Assembly (NCBI GenBank): GCA_001179505.1
Contig: CDMY01000603.1
Location: 252,749 to 316,748, forward strand
Origin: Vitrella brassicaformis CCMP3155
Taxonomy: Eukaryota; Protista; Chromerida
Direction of reading: 5' to 3'
DNA length: 64,000 nt
Part shown: positions 12,117 to 22,238 of the stretch, piece after piece
Layout of the letters: each line of letters opens with the position of its first letter
Numbering within the stretch: the first letter of the stretch is position 1
Translations under genes and position numbers: made by a program
Notes under the pieces: model-generated
Told to the model about the DNA's origin: nothing
Database searches by the model: none
The model's input: the letters and a program-made list of their open reading frames with translations, nothing else

Positions 12117-13637
12117 ATGGCATCATTTTTCGTCCACGGAAGGCAGATTTGCCTTCTCCATTCCCCCCAGCACTTCCTGCTAACGCTGCGTCACCTCTTC
12201 CAGACCGTCAAGGAGCGGGCAGTCATCTCGGCCCTCTATGTCGGCACGGGAGACCCGGAGTCGGCCGTCATCCGAGATCTGCTCTCGGCATGCAAGGCGC
12301 GCGGCAGGGCATTGCAAGTGGACGTCCTGCTCGACTGCCTCAGGGGCACACGCAAGGACAAGACCACCGAGGCGTCGTCCGTCAACAGGCTGCTGCCCGT
12401 GTTGTGGAGCGGGCAGACCAGGGCCCGTGTGGCGCTCTTCCACACGCCGCTTCTCTCGGGGCCTCTGAAGCGAGTGCTGCCCGCGCGCATCAACGAGGTG
12501 CTTGGCACGCTGCACGTCAAGGTGTTCATTGCGGACGACACGGCGGTGCTCACGGGAGCCAATCTCAGCACCTCTTACCTCACCGACAGGCAGGACAGGT
12601 ACGTCGTCATCCGCGACGCGTCGGTGGCCGACTACCTGCACCAGATCGTGAGCAGCGTATCGGCGTGCAGCTATCAGCTCGAGGACAACGGCGACCTGCT
12701 GCTGCCCTCGTCTGTTCCCGACCCATCCCAGCGGCCAGATGACTTCGCGGCCTATCTCGGCGAGCGGCTGCAGCCGTATCAAGCAGTTTCCACGACAGGA
12801 GGAAGACATGGCCTGCCTCACTGGCGGACAGAGGATATACCGCCCCATTGCAGGAGGGCAGACCTCACTGGGCCGAAGACAGCTGCATTGCAGTCGTCCC
12901 TCGCCCGTGTGTCGTTTCGGCTGCAAGCTGGCTTCATCTCGCCACCCATCATGGACGAGCTCACGCTTCTGGAGGAGGTCCTCGCCAACGCCGCTGAGAG
13001 CGGGCAGCGAGTGGTGCTGGCGTCGGGCTACCTCAACCCCCCGACGCAGCTACGGGAGGCCCTGCAGAAGTTCGCTGCGACGAGGGCAGAGAAGGGGAGG
13101 GAGGGAGAGGGGGGGAAGAGCAGTTCATCTGCTACTGCTGCTCTCAGCTTGGTGACGGCGGCGCCTGAGGCCAACAGCTTCCACAACTCTCGGGGTCTGT
13201 CGTTCTGGATCCCGGCAGCCTACGCATCAGCGGGCGCCGACCTTCTGGCGTCGCTTCCCGCAGGCAGTGTGACGATGCGGGAGTACTGCCGGCCTGGGTG
13301 GACGTTCCACTCGAAGGGCATCTGGCTGTATCCCCCAGACAGCGACAAGACCTTCCCCCGGTCGTCTGACCGGCTGCCGTGGGCCACTGTGTGCGGCAGC
13401 AGCAACTTCAGCCAGCGGTCGTCGTTTCGCGACCTGGAGCTGTCGTGCTTCATTGAGACGGGCGAAGAGGAGCTCAGGAAGGACATGGGCAAGGAGGTGG
13501 AGGCCCTGATGGGTGGTGATGGTGATAGTGATAGTGGTGGGTTTAGTCGGGGTGTGGGCGTGCGGGAGATGAGGGGGAGGTGCCCTGGGTGGCTGAGGTG
13601 GCTGGTTGCCAAGAGCAGGGTCGGGACGCTGCTGTGA
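12117..13637 (+). CDS. PGS1: CDP-diacylglycerol--glycerol-3-phosphate 3-phosphatidyltransferase (PGP synthase, PLD superfamily), intronless
   Basis: 506-aa ORF with the PGS1-type N-terminus (HSPQHF...AVISALYVGTG), VLLDCLRGTR, first HKD-like motif LHVKVFIADDTAVLTGANLSTSYLTDRQDRY, and second motif WTFHSKGIW...GSSNFSQRSSFRDLE. Confidence 0.9.
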   Translation: MASFFVHGRQICLLHSPQHFLLTLRHLFQTVKERAVISALYVGTGDPESAVIRDLLSACKARGRALQVDVLLDCLRGTRKDKTTEASSVNRLLPVLWSGQTRARVALFHTPLLSGPLKRVLPARINEVLGTLHVKVFIADDTAVLTGANLSTSYLTDRQDRYVVIRDASVADYLHQIVSSVSACSYQLEDNGDLLLPSSVPDPSQRPDDFAAYLGERLQPYQAVSTTGGRHGLPHWRTEDIPPHCRRADLTGPKTAALQSSLARVSFRLQAGFISPPIMDELTLLEEVLANAAESGQRVVLASGYLNPPTQLREALQKFAATRAEKGREGEGGKSSSSATAALSLVTAAPEANSFHNSRGLSFWIPAAYASAGADLLASLPAGSVTMREYCRPGWTFHSKGIWLYPPDSDKTFPRSSDRLPWATVCGSSNFSQRSSFRDLELSCFIETGEEELRKDMGKEVEALMGGDGDSDSGGFSRGVGVREMRGRCPGWLRWLVAKSRVGTLL

Positions 13638-13952
13638 GCACAGCACGTGACGGCGGATGGACAAACGTGTCCTGTGCGTGTGTGTTTATGTAATGGGACG
13701 TTTGTGCAATATATACGCCTGACGCACGTAAACCCTACGGGTGTCTGTCTGTCCAGAACAAACTGTTTGTCCTGACGTATGGACTCACTCGTACAAACCG
13801 ATCAATGACAGACACCACACAACACAACACGAGAAAAAACTGACTGACTACGTCCCAACCAAAAATAGTCTGACGTACACTCACTCAGCTGGCAATGGTC
13901 TGTCTCGCTGTACTGTGACTAATACGCTCTACATAGCGGCATTCGCGTTAGC

Positions 13953-16900
13953 TTATTCTGTGCCTTTCCAGTGGAGCCGTGCCAGCACTGCAGTGCCCTT
14001 GGCCAGCTGATCGTAGGCCTCTTTAGCACGAGAGGCGGGGAAGGTCTGCACGGGCAGGAAGGAGCAGGTCGACGGCGACAGCTCGGCCAGGACACGCAGC
14101 GCTTCGTCGAGCCGACGATCCTTTGTCCACCGCCCACGCAGCGATGGCGGGATCTCGCTCACCTGGGAAAACTGCACACAACACAACACACGCAATCAAC
14201 GAATGCCATGCACGCACCAACCGTATGTATCGTCTGGTCTGGTTGTTGTTGGTGTGCCCTGCCCGTGCTTCCACACCGACCTTGATTTGTATGTGCGATC
14301 GGTGCAGCCGCAGCGAGCCGAGGTCCAGCTCAGCAAAGCCGGCGAAGCCCTTGGAGTACCACGACCCCACCACCACCCGCCCGTTGTTGCGCGTCACCCT
14401 CAGCGCAGCGTCCAGCGCTGTCGGCCGCCCACTCACCTCTATCACACAGTCGAAGGGGCTGGGTGGGTCGTGGGCAGAAGAAGGGGCCAGCACCGCAGAC
14501 GCACCGGCCTCTCTCGCGAGACGGCGCCTTTGCTCGGAGGGGTCGATGGCCGTCACGTGCCAGCGTTGGCGAGCCAGCAGATAGGTCACCAGCAGGCCTA
14601 TCAGGCCCTGGCCAAACACCGCCACCTGCTCACCTGCAAGACATCCACACACACACCCATATAGATGCCNNNNNNNNNNNNNNNNNNNNNNNNNNNNNNN
14701 NNNNNNNNNNNNNNNNNNNNNNNNNNNNNNNNNNNNNNNNNNNNNNNNNNNNNNNNNNNNNNNNNNNNNNNNNNNNNNNNNNNNNNNNNNNNNNNNNNNN
14801 NNNNNNNNNNNNNNNNNNNNNNNNNNNNNNNNNNNNNNNNNNNNNNNNNNNNNNNNNNNNNNNNNNNNNNNNNNNNNNNNNNNNNNNNNNNNNNNNNNNN
14901 NNNNNNNNNNNNNNNNNNNNNNNNNNNNNNNNNNNNNNNNNNNNNNNNNNNNNNNNNNNNNNNNNNNNNGGGCAGGAAGGAGCAGGTCGACGGCGACAGC
15001 TCGGCCAGGACACGCAGCGCTTCGTCGAGCCGACGATCCTTTGTCCACCGCCCACGCAGCGATGGCGGGATCTCGCTCACCTGGGAAAACTGCACACAAC
15101 ACAACACACGCAATCAACGAATGCACCCACCCACCGTATCGTCTGGCCTGGCTGTTGTTGGTGTGCCCTGCCCGTGCCGTGCTTCCACACCTACCTTGAC
15201 TTGTATGTGCGATCGGTGCAGCCGCAGCGAGCCGAGGTCCAGCTCAGCAAAGCCGGCGAAGCCCTTGGAGTACCACGACCCCACCACCACCCGCCCGTTG
15301 TTGCGCGTCACCCTCAGCGCAGCGTCCAGCGCTGTCGGCCGCCCACTCACCTCTATCACACAGTCGAAGGGGCTGGGTGGGTCGTGGGCAGAAGAAGGGG
15401 CCAGCACCGCAGACGCACCGGCCTCTCTGGCGAGACGGCGCCTTTGCTCGGAGGGGTCGATGGCCGTCACGTGCCAGCGTTGGCGAGCCAGCAGATAGGT
15501 CACCAGCAGGCCTATCAGGCCCTGGCCAAACACCGCCACCTGCTCACCTGCAAGACATCCACACACACACCCATATAGATGCCAGGACCACCCTCTAGTC
15601 TCAATAGATCTCTCTCCTCATTGCCCACCCACCTGGCACTGGATTGGCATCCTGCAGTAGCGAGAGTGCGGTCTCCATTGCCGGCAGGAAGATGGCGTCG
15701 TCCACGGGCACGTCAGCGGGCAGGCGTGTGCACGACGACAGCGGCACGATCGCCCTCTCCTCGTGAGAGTGAAACGCAAAGACCTTCTGGCCCAGCCACG
15801 ACAAGCGGTCCACGCCAGAGCCACACCTGACGCATTTGCCGGCGAGGGAGTAGCCGTATGTGAGTGGATATCTGAGCGGTGTGGCCGTCATGCCCTCGAT
15901 GGATGTGTCCAGCGGCTCGCCGTCGATGAAGTCGCCCTGGTAGACCTTGAGCTCCGTCCCGCTGCTGATCAACGAGTAGGCCGACTCCACCTCCACCTGC
16001 AGGCAGGCAGCCATCGCATCCACGCACCAAATGTGTGGTGGTGGAGTGCAATGTGTTAGTGAGTTATGGGTTTGTGGGTGGCGGGCGGGGCTTACGTACG
16101 TGTCCTGGCGGCACTTTGATGGCTTGGGGCCGGTCTCTGATCTCTACTCGCGAGGGGCCGCTGAAGACCACCTGGCGGCTGGGAAAGGCAGCCGCCACAT
16201 CTGAGTACACACACACACACACACACACATGGGTTCACAGGCGTGTGAGCGTCTGTCTATCCATCACATACAGACATATCGGCGGGCAGTGTGCCGAGAA
16301 TGTCGACGTTTTTGACCTTCAGTGTGGAGTGTTTGTCGGTGTGGTGCTTGACCCATGCTGGCAGGTCCCAGTGGGGCAGCAGCTGGCAGCTCCTGAGCGC
16401 ACCCATGGCCAGGAACGACATCAGACACTGCCACATGTACTGATGGTCCGCGCACGGCACCGACCACTCCGACGCACCTAAACGAATCACACACACACCC
16501 ACATGGCTGTCCATCCATCCATCCATCCAGGTGACCTCACCCTGCATCATGATTTGCCCTTTTCGCGATTCGATGGCCCTGAGCAGCTTGGAGGGGTCGG
16601 TCGATTGGCCCTCTCTCCTCAGGTGCTCGTGGTACAGACTCACCACCTGCCGGTCGGTCGGCAGCGCCCCGCCGCCGAAGAACGGCGGGTCAAATGTCGT
16701 CCTGCCGGCGTAGGTAATCGGCATGTACAAGAGCGCCCCTGCACACACACACACACACACTCGTGCATATGTGTAGACAGCCGTCTGTGGCAGGGCAGGG
16801 CAGGGTCCCTACACACCTGGTGCGATCCTAGTGAGGTGGTTGATGAGGACGTCCTGGTCCATCAGGTCGGCGAAGGAGCAGCCCAAGACGACGTCGAAGC

Positions 16901-18324
16901 CGTGCTGCCCATCAGCCGTGTCCAGAAGGTCGCCCTCCACCAGCACCAGGTATATACCGCCGCCGCCCCGGTCGGCCTTGCGGTAGACGCGCTCCCGAGG
17001 ATGGAAGCCGAAGCTCTCATCGACCTCCTCGAACCCCATCAGCTCGGTGGCACTCTCGCGGTTGGCCTGACAGACAGACACAGCCAGAGAGCATAGCATG
17101 CCAGTGTCTGTCGCTTGCAGGCTTGTGTGTGGTCTCTCTCGTTGTCTGTCTGACCTGCATGACGGCGCGTGAGGTGTCGATGGCCACGTAGACGAGTGCG
17201 TCGCCCCGGCCCTTCCACTGATGCCCCTCCCATAGGCCCAGCACCCTCACCAGCATGCCCAGCCTCCCCGCCCCCACATCCAGCACCCTCACGCCGCAAT
17301 CCCTCGGCTCCTTCTCGCGGAACCTCGCCACGAAGGCCTCCCACGTGTCTTCATTGAAGGCGTGGCAGTCGATGGCCTTTTTGGCGGAGAGGTAAGCGAG
17401 CGGGTCGAACTGGAAGGTGGATTGGGGCGGGGCGCACTTGATGAGTGACGCTAGGGACTGCTCGAGGGTGGATGGAGAGGTGGGGAGAGGGGCCAGGGAC
17501 ACGCCTGAAACAACAGGACGATGTGCGTTTGTCTGTCTGTCCGAGTGGGTGGTTACCTTTGATGGCATGTGAGATGGCCTGCACGCTGCTGTCGATGACT
17601 TCAGGGTCATCAATCACCACCAGCTCCTTCTCCCCCCCTCCTAGCTCCTTCCACGCGTCCCGCAGCCTCTCATACTGAGGCCCCCTGCCGCCCTCGCCGA
17701 TAAACGCCTCACCCCCCACCATTGGCACGCCCCCCCTCTCCGGCATCACAATGCGCGACACCATCGAAGATGGCAAACACCGTGAGTAGAAGAGCATGTG
17801 CCCTGGGGAGGTCCACCGCAGGAGGTCCCTGATCCACCTCGGCGTGGCGCCTTCGCTCGCCATGTGCTGCCACCCTGTCGGCGTAGTGCTTTCCTTCCGG
17901 CCGTCCCTGTCGTCTGTCTGCCCGCTGACTCGCGCAGTCTCCTTGTTGAGGAGGTATGCCGTGAGCTCCTTCTCGATCGCCGCCCAGCCGCCCCTCTCCT
18001 TGCTGTCGAGACACCGCCGCACAATGGCCTTCACCTCAGCCGACGCGATCAGGTCCACATTGAAGGCGATCGGTGGCAGGAGGGCGGCAGCTGATTGGGG
18101 GGTGTCCAGCGGGCCCTCAAATGAGGCGGACGTGGCGAGTGGGTCGGGGCCGTCGGAGACGGTGATGGTGAGCGACGAGAGGGGCTCCGGAGGGCTCTGT
18201 CGGTCTGCTGGCGGAAGACTCAGATATGCGGAACGGACTCTCTCCCACAGATAGCGTGACAACTGCAGCCAGCAACAGAGGAGGAAACGCATTCATGGAG
18301 GGGAGGGAATGCAATCGCGCCTGT

Positions 18325-18355
<31 letters not shown>

Positions 18356-19561
18356 GCCTTTGCTCGCTGACTGACCATTTCCAGCGTCCAGTTCTCCCCC
18401 TTCATGGCTTCGATCTCCTCCAAGTTGCGGTAGGCCAGCCCCCCCACCGCCTCACCCAGCAAAGCCTGACACATCCCAATATCGACCAGGAAGTTCTCGG
18501 GCTCGCGCAGCCGGGGGCCCTTGAAGGTCATGTCCACCAGCAGCGTCGCGCCGTGCAGGTCCTCCGCCCCGTCGAGCCTCCGGGCTATCATGCACCGGTC
18601 CCTCACGGTGACAGAGAAGTGGCCGAGGTGTGCGGGGGGCGGGGCGGGGTCGGTGGGGCCCTCGAAGGAGCATGACGCGATGTCCGACTCGTGAACGATG
18701 ATCTTGAGGCGTTTCTTGTTTTTCGGGGGGGATGGGGGAGTTTCTGCAGCTCCGTCTTCCAGGCGTTCCGGGCGAAAGTTCACTGCCATGTCTTCCCAGA
18801 GCTTGAAGGCGATCCACTCGATGGTCGTGTTGGCTCCCTGGGTCCAAGGGGATGTGTCGAGGTTCTGTACACATGAACATGCAAACAACGGACAGAGATG
18901 ACCCTACACTGTACATGTAGCACACGTGTCGCTGACCCACCTGATTTTCGAAGGGCTTCAGCGCGTCAATCAATGCCTTTGCAAGGTCCCTTTCGTCGAG
19001 ATGATGGTAGAGCCACGCCTCCACCAGAATCGTGGCGCCGTGCATTCTCTGCGCCGGGCCGAATGACTTGCCGCGGAAAGAATGCGCCAGCATGGCCGTC
19101 TCACACACTCGGGCCGGGTCTCGCTCCTCATCCCATGGGTAAGCGGGCGAATGTGCGAAGCCGTAAAAGGAATAAGAGTCACGCAGGCCGAGGCGCATGT
19201 CGTCCACCGGATCACCTGCCTCCACCTTCGACAGCAGGTACTTGCGGAAGGCGGGCAGATTGCCAGATAACTCTGTCGCGTGCTTGCACCACTCCTTGAT
19301 GCGGCAGGCCTCTTTGAGCGCTGAGCTCTTCACCAGATGACCATCTGCTCGCAGCGTGGAGGACGTCACGGACGCGGTAAGCAGGTTAACCGCCCCGTGT
19401 AAGAAGCCGTAGAAGTCGCCCTGCAAGGCGTCGCCGTGAAGGGGCCTTCTGATGGTCAGGGTGTAGGTGCTGAAGGCGCGGGAGAGTCCCCTGGACGCCA
19501 CACATCTCGGACGAACCAGCGCCGTCATTCCGTGAGTCGGCGATGAGTCAATCGGCTCCAT
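13953..19561 (-). CDS. multidomain fusion: 3x PTPS/QueD-like (T-fold) + unknown/HAD-like + class I SAM methyltransferase + Zn-type MDR dehydrogenase, about 1286 aa
   Basis: Manual exons 19561-18941, 18864-18376, 18262-17557, 17504-17155, 17066-16817, 16738-16541, 16477-16268, 16200-16100, 15996-15633, 15547-15195 (or duplicate 14633-14281) and 14171-13953. All are GT-AG and phase-consistent (3861 nt). Motifs: AHSFRGKSFGPAQRMHGAT; FSVTVRDRCMIA..LHGATLLVD; YLSAKKAID..VLDVGAG; SLISSGTELK..YGYS; VAVFGQGLIG; GRVVVGSWY. Confidence 0.8.
14040..15580. repeat. tandem duplicate of the last two dehydrogenase exons on either side of a gap (about 14040-14669 and 14970-15580)
   Basis: Exons are nearly identical (HIQIK versus HIQVK) and the short intron between them carries several indels. 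The two copies are separated by exactly 300 N. Confidence 0.9.
14670..14969. other. assembly gap (300 N)
   Basis: Run of N. Confidence 1.
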
Positions 19562-19705
19562 TGCCGAGAGATTTGCCTCTGTTTTGCTACCACGAGGCGG
19601 GACGAACACATTCCGGACAGGTCTAAGGCAGATCTGCGCGTTTTGCCGCCTGCGGGGTTCCAAACCCTGCGAGCTCAGACGTGCAGTAGGGAAGTGGCCG
19701 TCCCG
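19562..19705. promoter_or_regulatory. putative bidirectional promoter with GCAGATCTGC palindrome (19628-19637)
   Basis: 144 bp between the divergent ATGs of the PTPS fusion and GDP-fucose synthase. The GCAGAT/ATCTGC hexamer recurs in other divergent intergenic regions. Confidence 0.5.
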
Positions 19706-21779
19706 ATGGCATCAGAAGTGAACGGGCATCCATCTTCGTCAGAAAACGGCGTTGGAGGCGGCGGCGAGGTATATCTGGTGACGGGAGGGAGCGGGCTGCT
19801 GGGCCAGGCGCTCAAACGGGTCGTCGAGGCCAGCGAGGGTGGCGCAGCAAAGGGCAGCAGCAAGTGGGTATTCCTGTCGAGCAAAGATGCCGACCTGCGG
19901 TGCGCGAAAGATCTGGCGAAAGAGATGAGATGAGATGAGATGAGAAGGAATGTCATCCACTGTTCTCTGTGTGTATGTGTGTGCAGAGACTATGAGTCGT
20001 CTCGTCGTTTGTTCGACAAGCATCGACCGACGCATGTGGTGCATCTGGCCGCCAAGGTTGGCGGCCTTTTCGCAAACATGGCAGACCAGGTCAGTGAGGT
20101 CAACCAATCAACTCAGCTCCACGCCAACCTTGCACAGGCTTGTGGTTGCCATGTGTGTGTGCCAGGTGGGGTTCTTCCGGCAGAACATGCAGATGAATGA
20201 CAACATCGTCTCACTCTGTCATGACTACAAAGTTAGCACACACGCACAAACAAACAGATATCCATCCCGTTATGGACGGGCGGATCGATGGATGGATTGC
20301 GTGTTGTGTGTGTCGTGTCGTGTCGTGTCAGGTGAAGCGTGCTATCTTCTGCCTGTCGACGTGCGTCTTCCCGCCATCAGCGCCCATGCCGCTCACCGAG
20401 GACTCGCTGCAGTCAGCACAGCACAGCACAGCACACACAGAGGGCTGGGTGTGGCATGTGATGGATGTGAAGGATGGGTGGTGTGCGTGTGGTTGACTGA
20501 CTTGTGACTCAGTTCCGCCCCTCCCCACCCGTCCAATGAGGGCTATGCCAATGCCAAACGGATGCTCGAGTGCCTCGCCAGGTCACACACAAAGAAAGAT
20601 AAACACACCTGCCTGACTGCCTGCCACTTCCTCTCACACACGTGTTGCTGTGTTGCAGATATTACCGTCAGCAGTACAATGACGAATTCGTCTGCATCAT
20701 CCCCACCAACCTATACGGACCCAACGACAACTTCAACCTCGAGGTGGCTGGGCCTCATGGCACTTAACGCCACGGGCGCTTAAGCCACCGCATGTTGTGT
20801 GTGTGTGCCGTGTGCCGTGTGTGTGTGTGTATGTAGGAGGCGCATGTGATCCCTGCGTTGATCCACAAGTGTTACCTGGCGCAGCAGGACAACCAGCCGT
20901 TCGTCGTGAGCGGATCGGGCAAACCGCTGCGGCAGTTCCTGTACTCGGACGACTGTGCGGTGAGGGAGCCCATCCTTAGACACACAGTGACGGAGAGATG
21001 GTTCCTTTCGTGTGTGTCGTGTGTGCAGCGGATCATTTACGAGCTGCTGCGCACAAGTTCCGAGAAACTCACCTTCAACTCCATGATGTGTGTCGGGGAC
21101 ACCGGTACGTCTGTCTGTCTGCATGGGCATGGCGCACGCACACCACGGACGGACACGGCAACATGGGCAGCTCAGCTGTTTGTCTGTCTGTCTGTCTGTC
21201 TGTGTGTCTGCCACACACTTGTCCATCAGAGCATTCGATCAAGCAGGTGGCTGACGCCATCGTGTCGGCCATGGAGTTCAAGGGCGAGGTCAAGGTGAGC
21301 AAAGCGATACAACAGCATCGATTACACGGGCGGGCGGGCGGGCGGGCGGGTATCCTCCACATCATCCTTTGTGTGTCTCCGTCCCTCACTCCCTCTCAGT
21401 ACGACACGTCAAAAGCAGACGGCGTCTACAAGAAGGTACCTAGAAGCGGACCTGCCTACCTAACGAAAGAAAGACCGAGTCTGGACCCTTTTCTTCATGT
21501 ATTTATTTGTCTGTGTGTGATTGGTGTGTCGGTCGGTCAATCAGACTGCGTCCAACGCTATCCTGCGGGGGTTCATGCCCAAGGACTTCACACCCATCCC
21601 GCTCGAGGAAGGTGCGCAACCGATAGACAGACGGCAATATCATATGATGGCCGGAGGGATGGGCACGCCGACCGGAACCACCTGTGTGTGTGTCGTGTGT
21701 GTCATGGCTGCTGTCTCTCTCAGGCATCCGCCGGGCAGTGGTGTGGTTCAAGGACAACTTCGACAAGGCCAGGAGGTAG
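19706..21779 (+). CDS. GFUS: GDP-L-fucose synthase (GDP-4-keto-6-deoxymannose epimerase/reductase)
   Basis: [109 protein letters not shown] and [11 protein letters not shown] across about 12 exons. Confidence 0.93.
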
Positions 21780-22238
21780 AGACGGTGGATGGATGGATGG
21801 ATGGACGGAAGAATTCAGTCTCTCCCTACGGTCCGGCCCACGTGTGATTAGCCTCTCTGTGTGTAGCTTAGCTCCGGCCAGCCGGCCCGGCCTAGTAGTG
21901 GTGGAGTGTGTGTGCACGTGTGCCATGCAGCAATTACAAGGGAAAGGGAGATGCCTAGCTAGGCAGATAGATAGGGCTGCCAGGGAGTAGGGAGGGAGGG
22001 AGAGAGGATGGCTCACCTATGCGTTAGTTTATCGGTATCGCTCACTGACTGACTGACACGTGAGTAGAGAGAGGACCGACAGACAGACGATGGCTGCCGG
22101 TGGACTGGACACCACGAGAGAACAAATGAGTCAGTCAACCTCTAGCACGGGCCACACAGACGGTGTTAACACATCACACACAGAGGACACCTCTTCCACA
22201 CGCACCAACCACACACACACCACCACACGCAGCGCACA

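Noticed and set aside
14040-15580. Apparent tandem duplication of the last two dehydrogenase exons
   Set aside because: The copies abut a fixed-size 300-N gap and overlap in content. This is typical of unmerged haplotypes or paralog reads, possibly from the 63 kb copy. Treated as a probable assembly artefact until long reads say otherwise.
13953-19561. Bacterial contamination as the explanation of the prokaryote-like fusion
   Set aside because: The gene has ten spliceosomal introns carrying the same microsatellites as neighbouring eukaryotic genes.
11972-19706. Exactly identical 145-bp start-to-start spacing in two divergent pairs as evidence of duplication
   Set aside because: The two spacers are not alignable apart from GCAGAT, so the identical length is probably coincidence within a narrow size range.
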